Positions 40,734-53,300 of a DNA stretch of 64,000 nucleotides are shown here, piece by piece (position 1 is the first letter of the stretch; every line of letters starts with the position of its first letter). Source of the DNA: Paragordius varius (taxonomy: Eukaryota; Animalia; Nematomorpha); assembly GCA_964247055.1 (NCBI GenBank), contig OZ176058.1, positions 2,852,001 to 2,916,000 of the forward strand, given 5' to 3'. The notes under the pieces were generated by a model. It saw nothing but the letters and a program-made list of their open reading frames with translations. It did no database searches and had not been told where the DNA came from. The translations under genes were made by a program, and so were the position numbers.

Positions 40734-43700
40734 TTAAAGAAGAAAATTTTTTAGAATAAATTATTAATTTTAACAAAATTTTGTTATATATATTCTTTAA
40801 AACTTATTAAATAAATTTATATAAATTCTAATAAATTAAAACATCGTCAATTTTAAATATATCAACAAAATGTTAAAAATTTAAATGGAAAAATGTTTCA
40901 ATTATAAATTTTGGAAATATAGAAGACAAATAATTATTATATATACAAAGCGTTACATAACTAAAAAGAAAATGTATGTATAATAAATCGATTTTCTAAA
41001 AATTGTTATACTAATTAATAATTCAAAATTTTTACATCGAAATTTTTCAAACATTACTATTTTTTAAATAATTAAATATAAAATTTACATCACAAATATA
41101 AATTTAGAAATTTTGTGTTATCTATAAATTTAAATATTTTTCAAAAATATTTTTTGGAAAATAAATAAAAATATTTATACATCAGCCAGTCTTTCAAACA
41201 TAATTTGTTGAATGTTGGTGCTAGGATCCACATATATTTCGCGAGCCACAATTTTCGCTTGATATTGTTTGGGTTCATTAAAATTCTCATAATCCAATTT
41301 TTTATTCAGGCTATGAAAAAAATAAATTATATAATTTTTTTGAAAAAATCATTAAAAATATATTTGCATTTATTACACAAATATATAAATTATTTGGATA
41401 AAAAATATTTAATTTATAAATTTTAGAAAAAATAATAAATTTTAAAACATAGAATTTAGCTTGACACTGTTTGGGTTCATTAAAATTCTCATAATCCAAT
41501 TTTTTATTCAGGCTATTAAAATAATAAATTATATAATTTTTTTGAAAAAATCATTAAAAATATATTTGCATTTATTACACAAATATATAAATTTGGATAA
41601 AAAATATTTAATTTATAAATTTTAGAAAAAATGATAAAGTTTAAAACATAGAATTTAGCTTGACACTGTCTGGGTTCATTAAAATTCTCATAATCCAATT
41701 TTTTATTCAGGCTAAAATCATAAATTTATAAGGAAATAATATTATAAAAAAAATTTACGAAAAAATAAACAATGCAATTAGATCCAATTAAGTCCTAACT
41801 AAAAAATAATCCAAAATTTAATATAAATTTAAAAATTTCAAATTTTTTTATCAAGACTTACTAAATTTCTCCACCAAGTGGTCCAGTTTTAATTGAAAAG
41901 AGTGTTCTAGGATCTATGTTGCTATTAAAACTACCATCTTTATTTTGGCCGTTTGCATTTTTATGGGTAGTTTCACCAAAAAACAGCTGATTATCATCAT
42001 CACCGCCCGGAAAAACAGCTGATGATGGCGGGACTAAATCGTAAATGATTGGTCGATTATTAAAACTTTTGGCGTGCACGTGACCTATCAGGGTTCCTGG
42101 TTCACTTTCTTCTTCCACATTCATGACAAACCTTAGGATAAATTGGGTTTTAAAAACAATTTTATAAAAATTATTAAATAAAATTATATATTCAGAATAA
42201 TAAAATAAATAAAATTATAATATATTTTTATATGAAAATTTAATAAGATGATATTAAAATAAATTAAAACATTTTGGATTTACAGAAAAAAAATGTTTTT
42301 CCGGCATTATTTTTTGTGTGCCAATCTATAATAATAATATTAAAAGTGCATCTTACTGCATTCTCATGTAATAACTAGCCATATATTGAATTTAGAATAT
42401 TTAAGTTAACGCATTGAAATAATATGGGTTACATATAAACTTTTTATCATTACACGGAAATTTAAATATTTTTCAAAGGCAAAATTATAGTTCCTAACTG
42501 TAAATAAAGCATAAATAGTAGTGTTTTATTATTTGAGGGGAACAAAAATAATTTTATAACTTTTATAGTATTTTATATTATTTTGTTGCTAAAAGCCTTG
42601 CATAAACAAAAGAGACATATTATTGACTCAAAAAATTTTTTACATAATGTAGAATGAATATTTTTTGCCACTACTTTAGAAATATAATTAAATATTTGGA
42701 AGTTATTCCTTCTACTATACACTATTAAATAAATTCTCCGCAAAAATTTAGTTTTTGCTTTAAAATTTATAAAAAAAATAAGAGAGTATTGCTTATAAAA
42801 AAGATAAATTTTCGGTTAAACCCCTACAACAATCTTCACTATACACCTATAAGACATATTTTGACAAGATAAATACTTATTGTAAAAATGAAAAAAGGGA
42901 TAAAAAAAGGGCAAAAGGTAAAAAATTTTGATTCAATACATATGTAGCAAATTATTATCATAATTTACCAATACAAAAAAACTTTTTTAGTCCATGACAC
43001 AGTAAAAATTTAAATTATACGGATAAAACTCAAAAATATAAAGACAACCATACTTTTTTACACCTGGATCTTAAAATTTTTTAATGAGAATGTTCCCAAT
43101 TTTCATCATTATTTTTTATTTTGCGACCCAAAAAGAAGATATATATTTAAGAAAATAAAGGTTTATATGGTGGTCTTTTGGAAAAAAAATTTTGTCTATA
43201 AATTTTTAAGTTTTGTCCTTTTCTATGTAAATCTTTTTACCGTGTAAATATAAATATTAATACCCAATATCCTTTCCATTTGGCTTATTGGGGGCAATAG
43301 ATGTTACTACACCAGCTTTGGAGCCGTGTTGTGGATAGGTGGCGGTTATTCCATTTAATTCTTCAAAAATATTATAAAAAATAATATATCCATAAAAAAT
43401 ATTTATCTATATAAAAAAATAATAATTATATATTATAATGTTAAAAAATATATATGTTATAAAATCTACAATCCTTAACCATAATTAAAAAAAGTCAATC
43501 AGCCAAAAAAACAGATCATTGTTTCTATTTCATTAAAATTCGATAAATATCCCTAATAGATCAGGGCTTTTAACTAACGAAAGATTTTAATAAGGTACGG
43601 AATTGTCTAAACTCGAAAATTTTCACAAAAATTTTATATTTATAACTTGTCAAATTTCAAATAAAAACTAGAAAATTTTTGCAAAGAATTTATATCTCAC

Positions 43701-46509
43701 AAAAAATTATCCATACTTATCAAACTTGTCAACACTTATTAAACATCTTTCCCAACTTATCTTCCAAATTTCAAAACTTTCTATTCTCTTAAAACTACCA
43801 GGAAAATCTGGATCCTATAAAGTACGAAATCTTTTAAGCCCGTAGAAAAAAGAAAAGGGAAGGTATGGGGCTAACAACTATTATGGATTCTTTGTAATAT
43901 CAGGAACTGAAACCGGCTCAAATTTATCAGGACCTTTTTAAAATCTCTTAGAATTTTCCGAACTTTTTAAAAACCAGATAGCAACTTTTTAAATGGACCT
44001 TTTTCAAACCTTTTCAATAAAATCTTTCCATAACTTTTTCCCCTTATGAAGTATTTAAAGCTTACTAATCTCTCAAAACTACCTAAAATTATTTGAAATC
44101 TAAAGAGCATTGAAACTTTAATATACACTTTCTCAAAATATATTTATCTGAAGGAAGAGAACGATTGGGCGGTCTAGGGCTAACAACTATCAAGGCTTGA
44201 GCGGTGCAAATTGATCATAACTCCTTGCTATATCGCGTACAGAGCACGCAAGATATATTCTTGATAAAATATCATAAATAGTTCAATTTATGGAAGACTT
44301 TTTCAAAAACACTCAAAATTTTTCAATTGAAATTTAACTACTTAACAATTTTTTACCACACATTTAATAAGATTTTTCAATCTTCCTAAATTTTTAACTA
44401 TCTCATCTCTTAACACAATTTAAAACTTTGTGAAAGCTTTTATTTAGTATGAATTTGCCAAACTGAAAAATATTTACTCGTAGAAGAACGGAGATGCGGT
44501 CTAGAGCCCACGACTATTGAGACCTGAGCTGTGGCAATTAAATCATAACTGCCTGCTATATCACCTAATGCCTTTTTTTATTATTACCCCAAAGTTATCC
44601 TTTTAAAAACGGTATAAATTTTCAGAGTCTTTTGAAAATATCTAAATAACCTTTCAATACTTTTTCCAAACCTTTAAATTTTTTCAAAACTTTTTCAATC
44701 CATAATTTAAAAACTTAATCACTCAAAACGACCCAGAATACTGCTAAATATATAAAAAGGTTGCAAATTTTTATAAAATACCCGTAGTAGAGGTAGAACG
44801 AAATTGGGGCGGTCTAGGGCCCACAACTATTGAAACTTGAGCCGTGGCGAATTGATCATAACTCCCTGCTATGTCGCGCACAGAGACCCGCAAAACGTAT
44901 TCAGTGCCAGCAGGCCCAAGGAATGCCGAGGGGGCGTATTCAAAATCTGACGGGCCGCCGCCGCCAAGAACAGATGATTTTACAGCTGTATTGGAGTTTG
45001 GATTGGGTTTGAGTTCAATGGCCCCGGAAATGGGATCCACGCGAAACTTTTTACCTGTGTTAAAAAAGTTGAAATAAAATCAATATAATAGATAAAAGAA
45101 TATTTAAAAATTTATAAAAACCATTTTTCAGCTAATTTATACCTCTGTTATAATATAATTTTAAAAAATTTGCCGTATCTCTAAAATTTTAATCTAATTA
45201 TTTATATTTAATCACTCACATGAACATTTAGGGAACGTTTTACAAAAAATCAAATTTTATATCTTATTTTCTTACATTAAAAAAATGCAAAATTTAAAAG
45301 ATTGATTTAATTTTATCTTAAAGTATGAAACGAATATTGGAATTAAAGTGTTTAAATTTAAGGAGATTTGATAATTTAATTATACTAATATAATGATAAA
45401 AATAAATTTATTAGAACAAAAAATTCAAAAAACAAAAATCTATCCTAATCAAAGATTACTTGCATCAGATTCCAAATTATAACGCAAATAAGCGCCGGCA
45501 TCAAGATCCTGAGCCGTGAGTTTGAAAATGAATGCATTTGAAGTTCCTAAAAAAGTATAAGTAAAAAAGGTTAAAAAAACAGAATTATATAATATTTTTT
45601 TCAATATATATCAAATTTTATATTTATACCTTTTTATAAATGCTATTGTCTATAAAAAATAAACTAAGATGTATTCTTGCAAATTGAAATTGAGAATCGA
45701 TTCCGAAGGTCCATTCCTACTCTTTAAAGCGGGTACAAAAATAATTTTAGCAGAGGCGGTTCATTTTAGTCACAAACAGTTTTAATATAATTGGATAAAT
45801 ATGAGTTAGAGATATTAAAATATTATAAAATTAATTGAAATGGTCATATATAATAAAAATTTATTTAGTTTTGGAGTCCTAAATTTTATGATTTTTTTGG
45901 GTATATTTTTTAAACAAATTTTGATGAAGCCTTTGTGTGAAAATTTGAGATTTTATTATATTTATTTTTATTTTAAACCTTATTTAAGACGGATATACAA
46001 AACTTATTCAAAAACCTTTGTCGTTACCCATACAAAATCATTTTTTTAGTTTGCCATATCAAGAAAAAGGAATAAAATTTCTCAATTAACACTACATATG
46101 TGTGCAGATCTAACCATTTTAAAACTTATATTGAGGTCTATATTTATAAAAACCCATTTATAAATTTATATACTCATATCAATCAGCTGATTTAAAACAG
46201 ATGATATTTTAAATCAGCTGATATGCATATAGTTAAATGAATGCATGAATATATTTACCTGGAACAGTGTTGGGATCTATGGTAGCTTCCATGGGAATGT
46301 ATTCATTGGTAAAGAATGGTGGTTCATCATTCACATCCCGCACATTTAACGTTATAGTTTGACGTTCTTGACCTACAAAATTTACACATTAAAAACTGAA
46401 TTTATACGGACAAAATGTAAAAATATAAAGACAGATATTTTTACCTAAAAAACAATCATATATTTTTTTAAACTTTAATTTTTTTCTATATAAGCTATTT
46501 AATTAGAAT

Positions 46510-46554
<45 letters not shown>

Positions 46555-47332
46555 GAATTGATTGTGTCACCAATATACATAACAAATTTATGATTTGCAA
46601 TAAAAAACTGGAGTTTAAAAAAGTATGGTTTTCTTTTATAAAAAAATATTTGTCTTTATATTTTTACATTTGGTCCGTATGATTCTAATATCTGTAGTTA
46701 TTACTACATTTAGCGAAAAAATTTGTAAAAAAATTAAATAATAATTTTTAAATTGACATATTAATATATTTTTGAAGTTTGATGAGAAATTTTAGCAAAA
46801 ATATGTTTGTTCCTAACATTTTAGTTTGACGTTCTTGACCTACAAAATTTATTTTATTCTATATTTAGCGGGAAAATTTGTATAAAATTAAATAATAATT
46901 ATAAAGGAAAATTGACATATTAAGAAGTTTGATCAAAAATATTAGCCATAATAAGTTTAAAATAATAATTTTTTCTAACATTTAGAGATATAGTTTGACG
47001 TTCTTGACTTGCAAATATTAAATAGGAAAATTCTAGCAGAATTGATTATATAATTTAATTAACATAAAATCCAAATTTTAAATGATCAAAAATAACACAT
47101 TTATAGTTTGTCGTTATTTATTTAAAAACAATATAAATTTTAATTATCAAACAGAAGATAAATTAAAATTTAGTAAAATCTTATTTCATAATTGACAAAT
47201 ATAAAGCTTTTCAGTTTTAATTAATTTTTAATGATATATATATATAAATTTTACTTCTAATTTAAGTGAAAAAAACCAATTTGGACCATTTGTAACTTTT
47301 TCTGACCATAATTTTTAAATGAATGATGACGT

Positions 47333-47366
<34 letters not shown>

Positions 47367-50300
47367 CAATCAATAATACCAAATATACTGCCACCAAAAT
47401 TGTTAATTATATAAAAAATAATTGTATGATATTCTTTTCATATACTCTCAATTAATTTAATTAAATGTAACAAAAACGCCAATATTATTTAAAAATAAAT
47501 ATAAAATAACTATAGGAATTGAAAAAAAAATATATTTTAAAATACTCTCTAAGGGGAATTTTTTTTTGAAAAAAAAGTTAAATGGTGAAAAAGGTGTTTT
47601 TAGGTCAAAAAAATGCATTATGCTTTAAACAGAAAAAAGCAAAGAACATTTCTACCAGCTAATTAGCCTTAATTAGCAAAGAAATTAATAAGTAAAAAAT
47701 ATAAAAATTGTATAAATATTGTGTATTATAAAATAAATTTTTTTTATAAAAAATTATTCTATAAAATAAATAAATTTTAAAACTATTGTAAAATTTAATA
47801 AAATATATTCAAAAATAAATAGACAAATATGTTTTCCTTTAAAATTTAAAAAAATATATTATAAAATAAAATAAGTTGTAAAATAAATAAATTAGAAAGT
47901 ATAAATAAAATAAATAAATTAGAAAGTAAAATAAAATAATAAATGAAAAATATTTTTGTCGACACTGACTAATGAAAAAGGTGTGAACTTTAATGATGAT
48001 AAAGATACAGTAGTGTATGTCATAGAAAAAAGTTTATCCATAATTAAAGGAATAATATTAATGCTAAAATATAGAAAAAGGTTTAATTTCAACGATTTGT
48101 AATTTTTTACTATCCGCTACTTTAATCTTTTAAACATGGATAATATTCTGTCACATATATTCTGCCATAAAAAATATAAATTTAACAGGTTTTATTAATA
48201 AAATTAAAATAATAAAAAATCTAATTTTGATATTGAAAATTTTAGATGTAACTTTAATTATTTAAAAACTTTAAAAAATATTATTTTAAAAAAAAATATA
48301 TATATTCAAATTTTAAACATTAGTTCATTTTTAACAACCGTACACATTATAATTAAAATTTTACATATAAAAAATGAAATTTTATAAAATATGAAAAATA
48401 TTTAAATATAACATTTACAATTTACATTCACCCTTGAACAATTCACCCTAAAATAAATTATGTGTTTTTTATAATAAACTTATATTTAAAAAAATAAAAT
48501 TTTGTTTAAAATTATAATAATACTGAAAAAATAAACAATCACATGAAGATATATTTCATATTAACAATAAGTGATATTAGTTCGAAAACATATAATTTTT
48601 TTGTAGGGTGAATTTAATTTCTCAAGATTTAAATTGTATATCAACAAAAAAATAAAAAATTAAATATTTTAGAATAAATTGCAGGAATAATTTTAATATT
48701 TTGGCCATTTTGTCTAATCCAGAAAAATAAATCAATACATCCCTACCAATCAATAGTAATCAATCAATCATTAACAAATTTTGTTTTAACAAATATTTTT
48801 AAAAAGTAAAAATAATATTTAAACGTATTTTATAAATATTACAAAAAATATATTTATTTAAACTATATTTAAATATCAAAAATATGGTTTGTATTTTTAA
48901 AATAATTTAACAAATATTTTTTTAAGATTCAGAAAATTATAATTGAACAATATTATTACTAAAAAAACTATATTTATTTATAAACTATATTTTTTGAAAA
49001 AAAAAATCAAAAAATTAACAAAATTATAAATTTAAAAATAATTAAGCTAGATAACAGTGCTTCCGAGTTTTATTTAGATTTATATTTATATTTAAGCAAT
49101 AAAAGTTCATTAAAATATTATTGTAAAACTTTTCTATCATTTTAAAATATAAAATTCCTAAATTATTTTAAAATTATTTGAAAATTTTATCAATTTTATA
49201 AAACTTAAAAGTAATTAAGCTAAAAACACTGCTTTTTTCAGAGTTATTAAAAATAATATAAATACTTTACATAATTATTAGAAAAATTCCAAAATATTTT
49301 ATTAATTATTAATAAACTTTATATTTTTAAAATTTAACAAATAATTTATAAAATCTAAAAAATTTAAGCGCAATAAAAGACTGCTATTTTACAGAGTTTT
49401 ATTCAAAAGCACGAAAAGGTTCCTAGAAATCGCTCTGGCTTGTGGCAAAAAGGCATGTTATTGATTTTTAGTTAGCAGAAAAATTTTTTTTTGAAAAAAA
49501 TATATTGATAAATACGAATAAAAAAAAGGAATAATATAAAATATAATAAAATAGTTGACATAACATGGATAAAATTATATTCAAAAATAAATAATAATGG
49601 AAATATATGAAATATTTAAAGTAAAAAAGTTTAATTTGTTGTGGTCATGACTAAGCATATTTTAAATTATAAAACTAGTTTTGTAAACATTATTAAAAAT
49701 TATGGTGTAAAATCCTAATCATTCGAAAATATGTAAATTTTTTATCTATTAAAATACTTTTGAATTATATCTCAGTAACAATTTTATCATATATAATTTA
49801 TTCTCAAAAAATTTGTATATATATATATTAATTTTAAATCAGTTTTTAAAAAATTTTACCTAAAATATTCAAATTTTAAAAAAATTAAAAATATTAATTA
49901 AAATATTTTAAAAATATTAAACTATATCTATATTAATATCGAATTCAAAGTTTAAACTATTTTGTATGTTTTACCTCCTTGTGCATTGAAAATGCGCACC
50001 GTTAGTACGATCGTGTCAGCTGTTTCAAAATCAAGACCGGTGGTCAGCTGTTTTCTGTTGCCGCCAGCAGCTGATTCGCCGCCACTAAAAGCGCCTCCTC
50101 GGCCAGCTGATGAGATTAAAATAGCACCTGCATTATTGTTGCTATTTGAATTTATAGAAATAATTCCGGAAGTGGAATCAATTTCCACAATAGGAGGGGG
50201 TAAGGAAGATCCGCCACCAGCTGTGAGATAACTAAAAAAATGAAAAAAAATATTTTTAGTTTAATATTTTATGTTATTTTTGTTAAATATTTTTTAATTT

Positions 50301-53300
50301 TTTATATAAATTTTTATTTTTTTTTAATATTTTAAATATTTTTATTTTTTTTAAGGAAAAAACTAATTAATATAACTTTATTTAAAATTAAAGAAAGTGT
50401 TTTAATAATATAAATTTTTTTTATATGCTAAACTGTTTTTTATATTTATAAACTTGTAAAAAAATCTATATATAAAAATATTTATTAATAATAGATTATT
50501 TATAATTGAGATTTCCATGCTATATAATATTATCATTATTAATTATATTTATTACGCTTTAAAAATATATATTACATATTATCACCTATAAAAAACAATA
50601 TTATTTTAATAAAATATATAATAAATTTATCCAATATTTAAAGACAATTATAATTTTATTAAATATCGTAAAAAAATTTACAGTATTTTCAATAATTCTT
50701 TCAAACATAAAATTATATAAAAATAAATTAATTATTTATCAATTAAAAAAACATATAAAATTAATTTCGTAATTTACAATGTATGCAGACACGCCTTATA
50801 TATATAAAATATATTAATACAGGTGAAAATGTAGGATTAATAAATATAATCAAATTAAGTACATATAAAAATAAAAATAAAAAAAATATATTATAATATC
50901 CTATATGACTCATTTATATTTCAAATATTATTTTGTATTTAATATACAGTAACGTATTGTATAAAAAGGGAGTTGTCCATAATTAAATACGCGAAATTAA
51001 TGTTAAACATGAAAAAATGATTTTGTTTTTTAAATTCAATTAGTATTTGTTTGTTACCATACCTTACTATATATATATATATATATATAGTAAATATATT
51101 TATAAATGACTCATTTGAAATTAAATTTAATTACATATATATTTAAAAATGTAAAAAAAAATATTAACATAGTTTAAAACAGGGGTGTGATCATATTTGT
51201 CTAACCCGCGCTAAAAATTTCAAATACAAAATTTTACAATAAATCTAATTGTAATTGATTTTGGCAAACAAATTTTCTAAATAATTTTTCTAAATTTTGG
51301 CACTGATGAGCTAACTAAAATTGTTAATTATATAGGTTTTACAATTATGGTTTGAAATCACAGAAAATTTATTTACTCCGATATATACCATTAACATTTC
51401 AAATTCATACTTGAACAATTCACCATAAAATAAATTAAATGTTTTTTAAGATTGAAAAATACCTAATTATATTAAAAAAATAAAAAAAATTTTAAAATTA
51501 TGAGAAGATTATAGACTATGTCATTAAGATATATTTCATATTATTAATAAGTTATATTAGCCCGAAAACACATAATTTATTTTTAGGGTAAATTCGAATG
51601 GTGGGTGATTTCGAATTGTAAATGGTATACTTAGGCCATTTAAGTTGAAAACCCCTGGTCATCTAAAAACAAGAATATTTTTGAAATATGGAAAATTAGC
51701 TACCATCTATAAATAAAAAAACATATGACATCCGATCCGATTCCTTTATTTTGTGAACACTAAATTTTAATTTCCAAAAAAAATTATAATTATTTTTTAA
51801 CGTTTTTTACAGTTTTTATGACTATTTTTGTTTTATTTTTAATTTAAGTTTTATGTGGGAAACATTTATTTAGGTGTTTTTCGGTTCAAAGAAAAATATT
51901 CTAAATTCTTTGATACTTTATACTTTACTTTTTCCATATGTGTATAACTAATATATTATTATATGTTTCCAAATTCAGAAAGAATTTAAAAAGAGAAAAA
52001 TCAAAAAATTTCATAACTTATATAAAAAAACAAAAAATAAAATATACGCAAATTTACAATTAGAACCAGATAAACCAACCCAAATGTCAATAATAAATAT
52101 TGTTAATTATAATCGCCAAATTAATAATAAAATAATTATGCTAAATTACAATTTAAAAAATTTTTTAAAAATATTTAGATAAATATTTGTAACAAAAAAA
52201 TTAACATAACTCAAAAATACTCATGCAAATCTACCTATATCAAACCATCCAAAAATTATCATACTTCATTTTATAGATCTGTTATTAGGTGTTAAACCAC
52301 TTATTAAGGAAAATGCCTTTTGTAATATTTAAATTTAAAAGTATACTAAATAATAGCTTCAACCACTTTAAATATAAAAGGTCAAATACAATCTAAAATC
52401 TCCACCATCAAATCTAACAATAGAGATACATGTTTCAACAAACCCGGCAAACAGCTGTTTGGGCATAACCATATGGCGTTTAAATAAGTTGCCTTTGTTT
52501 AAACAACAACCCAATAAATCCAAATTATAAAATTTAGAATCAATCGTATAATAATTTCTAATCAAAAACCCTAAACAAACAAACACCCAAAAAAATCATC
52601 ATGTATCATTCTTTATAAAACAATGTATTGTTTTCGCTTAAATAACGCAATAATAAACTCAAATTACAACTATTTAAATCAATGTCATAAAAATCATGAA
52701 TTATGCTAAAACCCCAAAAACCACTTTAAAATCTAAAATAAAATATAAGTGTTCATTCATTCATACCTGTTAACAGCTGTTTTGCCACCACCACCATATG
52801 TGGATAAAACAACTGGTTGCCTTTGTTTAAACAGTGCAACATCAATTAATTCTGCCCGTTCACCTGGGTAAAAAGGTTCTAAACGCCCTATTGGGCCAAC
52901 TTGACTTTCATTAACGGTTAGCGTGTAATTAGCCCTGTTGACAGCTGTTAAAACGTCACGTTTTTTGATTCGGTTGTGTACAATCACCTGTTTGTTGACG
53001 TCAATCAGCTGTTTGTTATTACTAAGTTTGTGTAGGACAATGTTAAACACATACGTGCAATGTGACGTAAAAGTTGGTGAACTTATTTTAGCAGAAGCGC
53101 GTAGAAAAATCGTTTTTTTATTTCGTTTTATTTGATTATGGCATTTAAATATTCCAGAAGGTTCTTTTCTATCTTTTGAATAATTCTTTAATCCACTTGT
53201 AATCCATTCTTCTAAAAAAGCACAAAAGAAAAGTAAAAGGTAAAAAAAGGTTAAGAAAGTTAAGAATATATATTTTTGACACAAAGGTACTATGTTTGTG

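Noticed and set aside
41311-41698. Two similar DYENFNEP ORFs as separate genes or full alternative exons
   Set aside because: They are partial tandem copies of exon 9 that run into intron sequence and stop.
23090-44565. Drosophila-CadN-style mutually exclusive exon pairs
   Set aside because: Every duplicate found is partial and carries frameshifts or stops; none could replace a whole exon.
2100-51090. Scattered (TA)n microsatellites
   Set aside because: Expected in such AT-rich DNA; no special pattern.
4144-53135. Plus-strand and off-frame ORFs overlapping exons (e.g. 4144-4335, 28837-29031, 44871-45077, 49962-50231, 52938-53135)
   Set aside because: Antisense or shadow ORFs caused by the locally higher GC of the real exons.
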